This document shows positions 26,003 through 38,550 of a DNA stretch of 64,000 nucleotides, in pieces. Each line of letters begins with the position of its first letter. Within the stretch, counting starts at the first letter, position 1. The notes under the pieces are model-generated. The model searched no databases, was not told the origin of the DNA, and was given only the letters and a program-made list of their open reading frames with translations. The position numbers and the translations under genes are program-made. This stretch comes from the human T2T-CHM13v2.0 reference genome, Homo sapiens. The stretch lies in NCBI RefSeq assembly GCF_009914755.1, contig NC_060929.1. One strand, given 5' to 3'.

Positions 26003-27534
26003 GATTTTTGGTTCTTATGAAGGTGTTTTCTTGTGCAGATAATTGTTCAATTTGGTGTTGCTGCAGAAGGAACAATCAATGGAAGGTCCTCCTTGGCCAG
26101 CCTGCTCTATCTCCTTTTCTGTTGGCATTTTTTGGAGAAGGGTGATATCTTGGATTGATTTCAAAAGGAATCATAACAGCTATATTTGGTTATGTAATCT
26201 ATACAGCTTTAAATTTTTCTACAGTCAAAAACTCACTGCTGCCTCCAACCTGCTACTAGTACTACCATCATGTACACAGAGTTAACTCTGCTTTACCTAC
26301 TAACATATAGACAAGATGGTAGTTCAAAACACGTTTGATTGAAGAGGAAAACTGCAGTTTCTACTTACACCTGAACATTCTCCTGAATATTATCTATGCC
26401 ACAGTTTCTAAAGGAATTTACTTTTGTAACATGAATGATCTTTACTTATCAGGAAATATCAAAAACTTAGTTTCAATGGCAAATGTGTGCTATGTAGGAA
26501 AATTAGATACAAGTAATTGGAAGTTTTAAAATCCAAATGAAGTTTTGATCAACGTATTCTACACAACAAATAATTATGATGTTTATTTTGCTACCTGCAC
26601 ATAAAATGCTTCCTTGGCTGCTTTCCTGAGCCATACAATTATTTTAAGATGTGTTTTTCATGCTCTCTGCAGTCAGAGATATGTTTCTTTTTTAATTTAA
26701 AATAAAACGACTTTTTGGTAATCATATCAATTTTTCTTTCGGGAAGACACTACTTTTTTTTTTAACTTACTGTTTAAAAAACTGTCCAAATCAATATAAC
26801 TTTCATGGTTGGGTACTGGCTTACTTGATTATGTTAGGGGAATATGTATAGTGTTGGAAATAGCATTTACTTCTCTGACTCTATTTGCTTTGTAGGAATA
26901 ACCATTCCTACATTAACAACATACACCATTAATTTAGAGTAAGCTCTCTACTAATAATGACAACTGATTTTTTTGTTTAATTTCTCTATAACCAAATGGC
27001 ACACTTTACAACAAGCCCAAATTTAAGGCTCCTGTGGGACTTCAGATTACACTGCATCTTTTTAAAGGTTATGTTTGATGAACTAACCACTTGATATTTT
27101 TCTCATTGCAATATTTAAAATACAAAACTACAATTGGACTCTGTAATTTCAGTTATGTTTTAGTAAAAGATTAATATGCATTTCTAAAAATAAAAAGAAT
27201 GTTTCCACACATAAATTTCTCTTTCAACTTGTGCCAACATCCATTTTATAATGAACTGCAATACATAGCATATTTGCAGGTATGAAACATTATCACCATT
27301 ATTTTCTGTGGCCTAAAAGTAAAAAATGTAGGGTACTAACAACTAATCTCACTGAATATATTGATCTCATGCTAGTCAGACATTTTTTTCTGCTTTAACT
27401 TCCTCAGCTGTAAAACAGATTGATAATATCTTCAAATCTGTGTTTTAAAATATTTATAAAAATAAAAAGCTGTAACTGTCAACTAATCTAACTTGTTACA
27501 TTTCTCAATATGCTATAAAAAATAATAATAATTT

Positions 27535-27710
27535 TGTAGGAAAGCTCCTGAGTTCAGAACCCCTGAATTCAAGTACTGACTCTGCCACTTATAAACTGGG
27601 TTACCTTGGCTGTGTCATTTTATGTTTTGAGTGCCCATTTCTGCAAATATCAAAAATGATAACATATACTGTGCTTTACTCACAGGGCATTTGTGAGCAT
27701 AAAATAAGAA
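27535..27710 (+). mobile_element. MIR SINE
   Basis: cctgaattcaagtactgactctgccacttataaactgggttaccttgg...ctcacagggcatttgtgagcataaaataaga. Confidence 0.8.
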
Positions 27711-28169
27711 GACTCCAGTGATTTTCAAATTACATTTATAAGATGATGAATAGAAGGGACAAATACATTTCAAAGACCATGATATGTTTTCTGTCTTCTG
27801 GAATTCCGAATTTATCACTACATCTTTTTAAATAACCAAAATAATATGAACCTGAGTGGAACATTGTAAACTAAATCAAGTCTCATGTACATAATTCCAA
27901 TGACCTGTGATAATGATCAACTGCATGGTTCATCTGAGTGCGGTAAGTTCCAAACAACTCAATCTCATTCTATTAGCCATACCAAGCCAAGGATCTATAA
28001 TAATAGGTATATTCTATTAAATATATTATTTTGTTGGAATGTCTGTTATTAGAATAGAATAATTTGTTGGGGGCTAGAGGCAAAGGTAGGCCCAGCACCT
28101 ATAAACACAAAACACACAGGCAAATCATGGCATTCATTCTTATTGTATAAATAAGTCCCAAACATGGAA

Positions 28170-28260
28170 TTCTAGCCCCAACCTTTATTTAGAGCTTCAG
28201 ACTAACATTTTTTCCTGTGTGCTATGCATGTCAAACTTGTATGTCCAAAATCAGATACAT
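28170..28260 (+). mobile_element. L2 fragment
   Basis: tctagccccaacc...gagcttcagact...tcaaacttgtatgtccaaaatcaga resembles L2. Confidence 0.5.
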
Positions 28261-28372
28261 CCATTTTGCATTTGAACACCTTGGTCAGAGTTTTTATTTA
28301 CTTTTTAAGTATACTTCTTAAGTAGTTTACAAAAACTTTCTGTAGAAGTACATATAATACTTAAGGAGAAAT

Positions 28373-28632
28373 AAAATAATTTGTATATTTCACTAAATCT
28401 TAGTAAATGGCCTGATGCAGATATGAAAATGAATTCATAATAAAACTTTACTTATCTCCTAAAATTCAAGCCTTGACAAGGATAATACAATTGTAAATGA
28501 ATACACTAATGCCACTTTACCACAAATTGAACATCCAATATAACGCTTATATTTGAAAAAGATAAAATAAAATGAAATCCACTTTCTAAAGACTGATGTG
28601 ACATGCTTAACTAAATAAATCAACTTCACCCT
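28373..28632 (+). repeat. Copy 1 of a diverged ~260-bp direct duplication (partner 30267-30531)
   Basis: Collinear shared blocks tttcactaa-tcttagt, taaaacttta, aaaattcaagcctt-acaagga, aaaataaaatgaa, gcttaact, cttcaccct. Confidence 0.85.
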
Positions 28633-29169
28633 CCACTGAGAGGAAGTCACCGAGAGAAAGTTGTATACCACATTTGCAAAGTCCAAATAGCACCAGAAGG
28701 AGACAGTGGTTATGAAATGCTGTGATAAGTGTGACATAATTAACAGATAAGAACATTTCTATTACCTTCTAAGGGCAGCAAGAGATTAACTTAGTTTATA
28801 ATGACATGACTGATTCATTTTGGGTATAAAAATGAACAGCTTAAATCTAATCCTCAGGCTACTAGGCAACAAGTATAGTTCTCTGAGAAAAAAAAGTAAC
28901 GTTCCTATCAAGTGGCAAAAACAATTAGATAGACAGCAGTATTCTGAGCCAACTGTGAACACTGTAAAGAAAGAGAAGAAAAACAGACACAGTCTCCTAC
29001 AGTGGTTCAGGCCCTGAACCAGAGTGGAGTAGAATATCATGTTATTTTTCTGCCTTAAATATTCTCTAACTTCAGAAATATTAGGAGTTAGATGCTTATA
29101 TTAGGACACAAATTTAAAAGGATAAGAAAATCAATGAACATATAAATCTAAATAAAACTTTCTATTTTT

Positions 29170-29472
<303 letters not shown>

Positions 29473-29489
29473 TTATATTTTTAAAGACA

Positions 29490-29800
29490 AAAGTTAAATG
29501 AAAATTTCTCTGATGTATTACTTGAGAAAGTGGGACATAATATAACATTATTCTACAATTAGTGAAACCTTTATAATTTATTTCAAAATGGCCTGCATCA
29601 ATATTAAAACCTAATATATGTTGGACAAAACTAAACAGGAATCTGTGAAAGAAATACATAAGTATCGCAATATAGAGGCCATAAATAATATTCTATTTCT
29701 GGGCTTGGGTAGTTACAAGGGTTTGCGTTTTATTCATCTTGCTACATGTTTACATTTTATAAACTTTTATATGTGGATTGTATTTAATGATTTTTAAAAT
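29490..29800 (+). mobile_element. Ancient L1ME-type 3' end fragment
   Basis: aatattctatttctgggcttgggtagttacaagggtttgcgttttatt...acattttataaactttt resembles L1ME 3' termini. Confidence 0.5.
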
Positions 29801-29906
29801 ATTGTTTTTGAACGTTATAAAGTAAGTCAACAACAGTATGCCAGTTATAATCACTCTGTGGCTATGTCTGCACTATCCCAAAACATACTTCAATCAGTTA
29901 GTCTAG

Positions 29907-30263
<357 letters not shown>

Positions 30264-30266
30264 CAA

Positions 30267-30531
30267 AAAATGAATTCTTATGTTTCACTAATTCTTAGTC
30301 AATGACCTAGGAAAAGTATGGAAATGAACTCATGCTAAAACTTTATTTTCTTAAGAAAAATTCAAGCCTTAACAAGGACAATGTAACTGTAAGTGAATTA
30401 CTAATACCAGTTTACTACAAATAGCAAGATGTACACCTAATATAACCCTTTTATCCAGAGAAAATAAAATGAAGTCTAACTTACTAGTGACAGCTATGAC
30501 TAGCTTAACTCAATCAAATGAGCTTCACCCT
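30267..30531 (+). repeat. Copy 2 of the diverged ~260-bp direct duplication
   Basis: Collinear with 28373-28632, roughly 70% identity by eye; the AluYa5 inserted at its left edge. Confidence 0.85.
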
Positions 30532-31529
30532 ACAGAAAGGGTGACCCACTGTTACCTGTTGGTCATATTGTCTATATAGCAACTCACTGGCAATTTCAAT
30601 GCTCACAAATCTGTGTATAGGTATGAAAAGTTTAAAAAACATATATGCCTGTATACACACAAAATGTTTACTGCCTAAAAGAACATGCATGCTGAAAAGT
30701 TCTATGAAACCAAGCTATATCCAAAATGTATTGATATACTATAAGGGTGCAAAGGTAGAAATGAAAATATAACATCTAATATTATATCTAATAATGAAAT
30801 TATTACATATGAGTGTGTAAGACAGGCTTTAAAATCTCATTCCATAAATAGTCTTCTCGAATCTAACTTGGAAAATGTCTGAAGGAAATAAGTGTGTTAA
30901 TAAACACACACATACAAGCACATACACATGTATTTGAACTGAAAAACTACGGCTCCAGCTAAAATTTAGAGGGCAACCTAATTTCTTTTATACCACAAGT
31001 CCATAATCCTACATAAATTTGTTTGTCTGTGATTCATAGCTGGCCAGATGGGAAAAAACCGTGCAAAGAACTATAGACTTTGGCTGTTTGTAGATCATAA
31101 AATTACATTCATGAATATTTTAGGATGTGATTGTCTCATGAATTCTCATCATCTTTTTTATTCCTCTGTCTTATATCTTTAATTACAGAATAACAGAAAG
31201 ATTATGGGATATTACCAGGCCCTGGATGAATTAGTAAAATACACATTTGCTCATTATGAACTTTCCCCATTTTTGGTAAAATTTCTCATAGGAAGAAAAG
31301 CATATAAACTGTATGTTAAATAAAAAAGAGTTTTGAGCCTGAAAACATAAGAGGTTGGAAACAGATTTAGGAAGAAAAAAAGAGTCAGTTGGTGTTTTTC
31401 TTTGTTCAAGAAATCATTACCCAGGATGGTCAGGGACTGTGCAGTTATGAGCTGTCAGCTAAGGAAGTCATTCTGTCCTATAAAATTCCATAATCTATCT
31501 AAGCTCAATTATTTTTATTGCAAAGAATT

Positions 31530-31700
31530 ATATTAGTAAAGTTACAAAAGCCTTTCTAATAGATAAACCCTGAAATCTCAGTAGCTTAATGCAAATCTCA
31601 GTGGCTTAACAAAGGTTTAATTTTTGCTCCTGAAAATTCTAAACACTTCCCTTGTTCAGTGGTGTCTCTCCACCAGAGGTGATTTAGGGACTCAACAAAT
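31530..31700 (-). mobile_element. MaLR MLT1-type LTR fragment
   Basis: aaaccctgaaatctcagtggcttaacaaaggtttaatttttgctc...gtgatttagggactca is typical of antisense MLT1. Confidence 0.55.
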
Positions 31701-31929
31701 CTATGACATAGAGATTCTATGAATCTCAGGCAGTCAGGTAGCCGTCTCTTCCATAGAAATTGTGTTTTCACTAAATCTTGACTCTTCAGGGAAAACTCAA
31801 GTCATGAGTACCCACACACTGGACTTCAGAGGATTCCTTCTAGGTCCTGAGATAGTCAAGAAGTAGAATCACTAGAAAAATGTAGTGTGAGAACTTTCAT
31901 ACACAATAAATTATAGAAGAGTCTACAAA

Positions 31930-32316
31930 GATATGATTTGGCTGTGTCACCACCCAAATCTCATCTCTAATTGTAATTTCCACTCGTCAAGGGAGAGACC
32001 TTGTAATCCCCACTTGTCGAGGGAGGGAGGTGACTGGATCATGGGGGCGATTTCCCCCTTGCTGTTCTCATGATAGTGAGTGACTTCTCACAAGTTCTGA
32101 TGGTTTTTTAAGTGTTTGGAAGTTCCTTCTTCTTTCTTCTCTTTTCTGGTGCCTTGTGAAGAAGGTACTTGCTTCTCCTTCACCTTCTGCCATGATTGTA
32201 AGTTCCCTGAGGCTTCCCCAATAATGAGGAACTGTAAATAAATTAAACCTCTTTCCTCTATCAGTTACCCAGTCTTGGGTAGCATCTTTATAGCAGTGTG
32301 AAAATGGACTAATATA
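31930..32316 (+). mobile_element. MaLR solo LTR, THE1D/MSTA-like
   Basis: gatatgatttggctgtgtc...ccaaatctcatc start; ccatgattgtaagtt; attaaacctcttt; aaatggactaatata end. Confidence 0.9.
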
Positions 32317-32456
32317 GCCGTCAATGGAGTACTCAGGAAAACATAGTAAAATTAAATACAGGACAAGTGTTAGAGACAATTTTAACAGAGCAAAAGGAAT
32401 TCTTATAAATGTAATAATAGATGTTGGGCAGATTATGCTACAAACGTGTAACCATA

Positions 32457-32909
32457 GAGTCATGCCTTATTTTATTGTGCTTCCCTTTATCTGTGCTTCA
32501 CAGATAACTGCCTTTTTTAATACAAATTGAAGGTTTGTGGCAACAATGTGTTGAGCAAGTCTATTGAGGCCATTTTCTCAACACCATGTGCTTACTTTGT
32601 GTCCCTGTGTTACATTTGGTTATTCTTTCAATATTTCAAAATTTGTATTATTATTATATCTGTTATAATGATCTACGATCTTTGATGTTACTATTGTAAT
32701 GATTTAAGGGCACCATAAACCATGTCCTTATAACACAATGAACTTCATCAATAAATGTTGGGTGTGTTCTGACTGCTCCATGGACCAGCCATTCCCCCTT
32801 CTCTCTCCCTCATCCCAAGGCTTCTCTATTCTTTGAGATGCAACAATATTGAAATTAGGTGAATTAATAATCCTACAATGGCCTCTATGTGTTCAAATAT
32901 AAGGAAGAG
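32457..32909 (+). mobile_element. Tigger1 5' fragment, cut off at the L1 junction
   Basis: ttttattgtgctt...aaattgaaggtttgtggcaac...aacaatattgaaattagg...ctacaatggcctct match Tigger1. Confidence 0.88.
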
Positions 32910-33236
32910 AACTATTTATGACAAACCCACAGCCAGTATCATACTGAATGGCAAAAACCGAAAGGATTCCCTTTGAAAACCAGCACAAGACAAGGATGCC
33001 CTCTCTCACCACTCCTATTCAACACAGTATTGGAAGTTCTGGCCAGAGCAATCAGGCAAAAGAAAGAACTAAAGGGTATTCAAAAAGAAAGAGAGGAAGT
33101 CAAATTGTCTCTGTTTGCAGATGACATGATTCCGTATTTAGAAAACCCTATCATCTCAACACAAAAACTCCTTAAGCTGATAAGCAACTTCAGCAAAGTC
33201 TCAGAATAAAAAATTAATGTGCAAAAATCACAAGCA

Positions 33237-33538
33237 GGCCGGGCGGGGTGGCTCACACCTGGAATCCCACCACTTTGGGAGGCCAAGGCGGGTGGGTCAC
33301 AAGGTCAGGAGGAGTTCAAGACCAGCCTGACCAACATGGTGAAACCCCATCTCTACTAAAAATACAAAAACTAGCCAGGGGTGGTTGTGCGCACCTCTAA
33401 TCCCAGCTACTCAGGAGGTTAAGGGAGGAGCATTGCTTGAACCCCGGAGGCGGACGGTTGCAGTGAGCTGAGATCATGCCACTGCACTCCAGCCTGGGCA
33501 ACAGAGGGAGACTCTATCTCAAAAAAAAAAAAAAAAAA
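33237..33538 (+). mobile_element. AluS (Sg-like) nested in L1 ORF2
   Basis: Full dimer, A18 tail, exact TSD aaaaatcacaagca at 33223-33236 and 33534-33547. Confidence 0.95.
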
Positions 33539-34208
33539 TCACAAGCATTCCTATACACCAATAATAGACAAGCAGAGAGACAAATTATAAGTGAACTCCG
33601 ATTTAGAATTGTTACAAAATTATAAAATACCTAGGAATACAGCTAACAAGGAATGTGAAGGACCTCTTCAAGGAGAACTACAAACCACTGCTCAAGGAAA
33701 TAAGAGAGGATACAAATGGAGATACATTCCATCCTCATGCATAAGAAGAATCAATATCATGAAAATGGCCACACTGCCCAAAGTAATTTACAGATTCAAT
33801 GCTATTCCCATCAAACTACCCTTAACATTCTATACAAAATCAGAAAAAAAACTACTTTAAATTTCATGTGGAGTCAAAAAAGAGCCCGTATAGCCAAGAC
33901 AATCCTAAGCAAAAAGAACAAAGCTGGAGGCATCATGCTACCTGACTTCAAACTATACTACAAGGCTACGGTAACCAAAACAGCATGTTGCTGGTTCCAA
34001 AACAGACATATAGACCAATGGAACAGAACAGAGACCTCAGAAATAACACCACACATCTACAACCATCTGATCTTCAACAAACCTGACAAAAACAAGCAAT
34101 GGGGAAAGGATTCCCTATTTAATAAATGGTGCTGGGAGAACTGGCTAGCCATATGCAGAAAACTGTAGCTGGACCCCTTCCTTACACTTCATAAAAAAAT
34201 TAACTCAA

Positions 34209-34507
<299 letters not shown>

Positions 34508-35711
34508 TTAACTCAAGATGAATTAAAGACTTAAATGTAAAACCAAATCATAAAAACCCTAGAAGAAAACCTAAGCAGTAACATTCAGGAAACAGGCATG
34601 GGCAAAGACTTCATGACAAAAACACCAAAAGCAATGGCAACAAAAACCAAAATTGACAATGGGATCTAATTAAACTAAAGAGCTTCTGTACACCAAAAGA
34701 AAGTACCATTGGAGTGAACAGGCAACCTACAGAATGGGAGAAAATTTTTACAATCTACCTATCTGATAAAGGTCTAATATCCAGAATCTATAAGGAACTT
34801 AAAAAAACTTACAAGAAAGAATAACCCCATCAAAAAGTGGGCAAAGGTATGAAAAGACACTTCTCAAAAGAAGACATTGATGCGGCCAACAAACTTATGA
34901 AAAAAAAGCTCAACATATCTGATCATTAGAGAAATGCAAATGAAAACCACAATGAGATACCATCTCACACCAGTTAGAATGGCGATTACTAAAAAGTCAG
35001 GAAACAACAGATGCTGGCGAGGATGTGGAGAAATAGGAACGCTTTTACACTGTTGGTGGGAGAGTAAATTAGTTCAACCATTGTGGAAGACAGTGTGGTG
35101 ATTCCTCAAGGGTCTAGAACCAGAAATACCATTTGACCCAGCAATCTCATTACTGTGTATATACCCAAAGAAATATAAATCATTCTATTATGAAGATACA
35201 CGCACACTTATGTTTACTGCAGCTCTATTTGTAATAGCAAAGACTTGGAACCAACCCAAATGCCCATTAATGATAGACTGGATAAAGACAATGTGGCACA
35301 TATACACCATGGAATACTGTGCAGCCATAAAAAAGGATGACTTCATGTCCTTTGCAGGGACATAGATGAAGCTGGAAACCATCGTTCTCAGCAAACTAAC
35401 ACAGGAATAGAGAATGAAACACTGCATGTTCTCACTTATAAGTGGGAGCTGAACAATGAAAACACATGGACACAGGGAAGGGAACATCACACACAGGGGC
35501 CTGTCAGGGGATGGGGGGCAAGGGGAGGGAGAGCATTAGGACAAATACCTAATGCATGTGGGGCTTAAACCTAGATGATGGGTTGATAGGTGTATCAAAC
35601 CACCATGGCACATATACACCTATGTAACAAACCTGCATATTCTGCACATGTATCTGAGAACTTAAAGTAAAATTAAAAAACAAAATTATTCTGAAGAGAT
35701 ATAAAAAAAAA

Positions 35712-36411
35712 AGATGCTGACGAGGATGTGGAGAAATAGAAACACTTTTACACTGTTGGTGGGAATGTAAATTAGTTCAACCATTGTGCAAGACAATGTG
35801 GTGATTCCTCAAGGATCTAGAACCAGAAATACCATTTGACCCAGCAATCCCATTACTGGGGATATACCTAAAGGAATATAAATCATTCTACTATAAAGAC
35901 ACATGCACATGTACGTTTACTGCAGCACTATTTACAATAGTGAAGACATGGAACCAACCCAAATGCCCATCAATCACAGACTGGATAAAGAAAATGTGGT
36001 ACATATACACCATGGAATACTACGCAGCCTAAAAAAGAAATGAGATCATGTCCTTTGCAGGGACATGGTTGAAGCTGGAAGCCATCATCCTCAGCAAACT
36101 AACACAGGAACAGAAAACCAAACACCACATGTTCTCACTCATAAGTGAGAGTTGAACAATTAGAACACATAGGCACAAGGAGGGGAACATCACACACCGG
36201 GGCCCAGGTTAGGGAGAGCATTAAGACATATAGCTAATGAATGCGGGGCTTAAAACCTAGATGATGGGTTGATAGGTGCGGCAAACCACCATGGCAAATG
36301 TATACCTATGTAACAAACCTACACTTTCTGCACTTGTATCCCAGAATGTAAAGTAAAATAAAATAAAATAAAATAAAATAAAATAAAATAAAATAAAATA
36401 AAATAAAATAA
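35712..36411 (+). mobile_element. Second L1PA7/8-like 3' end (~700 bp) in tandem with the first
   Basis: Repeats 35010-35680 with visible divergence; the G-rich tract of the 3' UTR is deleted; ends in (TAAAA)n. Confidence 0.93.
36354..36411 (+). repeat. (TAAAA)11 microsatellite derived from the L1 tail
   Basis: Read directly. Confidence 0.95.
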
Positions 36412-38324
36412 CAGAAGAGTAAATCTGAAAAATATTGTGTCACTGGCCAGGTACTCCCTTTAGAAGTAGACAAGAGGCAAGGCAAGGTGGCTCAAAATCA
36501 AAAAAGAAAAGAAGTCTCTTGTTCCACTGCTCCTCTGTCTTTCTATTCATGTTTAAGGAAAATTTAATATAATTTATTTTGTGCTATTAGCTTATGTCTT
36601 CTGTTGCCTCAACTTTGAAAGCTTCCCAGGAAGTAAGCATCTGAAATTTGTCATGACGTGACACATATCACACATGTGAAATCAAGCCTTTAATAATCTT
36701 TGAACAGGAACTTTTACCTCCATTGGCAAATCCTCCATTTCATGAACAGTTTCTCTATTTCTGAGATAAAGTTATTTTAGGAAATCCTGGTTAGCATGTA
36801 GTCTGTCCACATTTCTGTGGAATTACCTAAATTTTAGATTTTAAAAAGATGCAGAAACTTTCTATAATTGTGAGGTTTTGTTATTGACAATGTTACAATG
36901 TCAAATCTTCTGCTAAATATTTGTGTGAAAATTAAACATTATTTAAATTCTAGTTTCTAAGATTTATTTCTCCCTGCTGGTGTTATACAAAACCACTATT
37001 AATATGCTGTGAAATGAGACATCTGCAGCATCACTAGTAAAAGCCTTTAAGTGGTAATCCTTCTGAATCCTTTCTTGTAATAGCTGAACATTTGCTGTAC
37101 AAAACCAATGAAATTCACACATGCCACTATGGAGTAGTGGAGCAATTACTACAGCATTTTTCCCCCAAAGTACCTTAGGCTTTAGATGATTAGAGAATAC
37201 TCTTATGTTTTAAACTTCCTGCCAACAATGGGGCTTTTAGTTGCATTGGATTGAGGACAAATTGTAGTATAATGTATGTTGACAGTTTAATAACATGGGT
37301 TAGTATCCTTGGTGTACTTTATGATGTAATACATCCTTATAGGTGTCTCTAGAGAATTGTGCTATGATTTCCAAGGAACAGAAAATTCAATAAACTAAAA
37401 CAGCCTGAGTTAGATTTCTGCCTTCTGTATACTTTGGACATTTTCCTAAAAAATAAATAGGTGCTACCCTTCTAAAATATTTTTCTGACATGACTTTTCT
37501 GTTTTTCTTCTCAAACTGTAGATTTTAAGATTGGAATGGTAGAATTCTTATTAAATTATATATTAAAAATATAAAAAGTCCCTTTCTTTATATAATAAAC
37601 AGTCTTTTTCCAGGTCTCAGAGGTAAAGTTCCTTTTCTATAAAAAGCTGTAATTGTGGTTTTCAAAATCTCATTAAATATTTAGATCTGTTAGAACACAA
37701 GTGTTTTCTGTTGAGGTTTAAACACATTCAGACTAATTATTTCTAATGTTTTGACCATTGTACAAATACTTGCAGTATTAAATAGCTAATAGCATAAAAT
37801 AAAAAAACAAGTCATGTGCAGAAATCATAATTCCTTCTGGATTTTCTTTCATCCAGATATTTCTGGGTGAAACAAAAATAGCAATACAATGTATTTTTTA
37901 GCAATATAAAACATTAAATGAATATGATTCAAGGTACAAATGTTACTTTATATAACCTTGTTTTCTGTGTGTCTGCATTTATATGACCATAAACACAAGA
38001 AAATACTCAAGGTCTCAAGCACACTAAACCCACTATGACTCCAGAATGGATAATTTCCTGGCATTTTAGTAATTTTAGAAGGGGAAACCACACTACAATA
38101 TTCTAAAGGAAATATTCTGCCAATACCACTTTGTAACAAAAAGACTCAGTAATTTGATCATCTGCCTGTAAGGTGAAAAAAGAGTTAGAGAAAATGACTA
38201 AATGACTATCTTCCAGAACTACTATCCTTTATTCATTATTCCCTTTTTAAAACGCTACATAATATAGGAATACAGAAAAGCATAAAAGCAACTTTCCTGT
38301 TCTAAAGGTAACATAGTCTTTTTT

Positions 38325-38550
38325 CTTAAATACTCCCTATGTTGCAGGTACTGTGTAAAATATCTTATACACATTATTTCCTTTACTTCTTCAAGCACCC
38401 CCAGGGGGCAGATTCCTTATTATTACTCCATTTTATAAATGAGGAATGAGGAGCCAGAAAGGTCATATGTTCACTGAAGATCATTTAGCAAATAGATAGA
38501 GGAGCGAGGTTTCTAACACAGGCATTCAGACTTCAGGACCTGGAACACAG
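38325..38550 (-). mobile_element. MIR SINE
   Basis: ctatgttgcaggtactgtg...attattactccattttataaatgaggaatgagg...cagacttcag. Confidence 0.8.

Larger units (their letters stand above)
18985..26114 (-). mobile_element. Near-full-length decayed LINE-1, L1MA2/3-type 3' end and L1M1-type 5' UTR
   Basis: ORF track gives ORF2p pieces (20471-20665 [17 protein letters not shown]; 20763-21014 ADDMILY) and ORF1p pieces (23596-23811 PRILYPVKISF; 24095-24310 RVDQTAESISELEER) in the correct order. GC-richer 5' UTR at about 24650-26114. Both ORFs are disrupted. Confidence 0.92.

Noticed and set aside
25246-26285. Run of plus-strand ORFs (152, 107 and 80 aa)
   Set aside because: They lie mostly in an antisense L1 5' UTR and an Alu; the translations are typical repeat-derived peptides.
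31573-31609. 20-bp-period duplication aaatctcagt(a/g)gcttaa
   Set aside because: Ordinary slippage duplication inside an MLT1 fragment; only two copies, not a CRISPR-like array.
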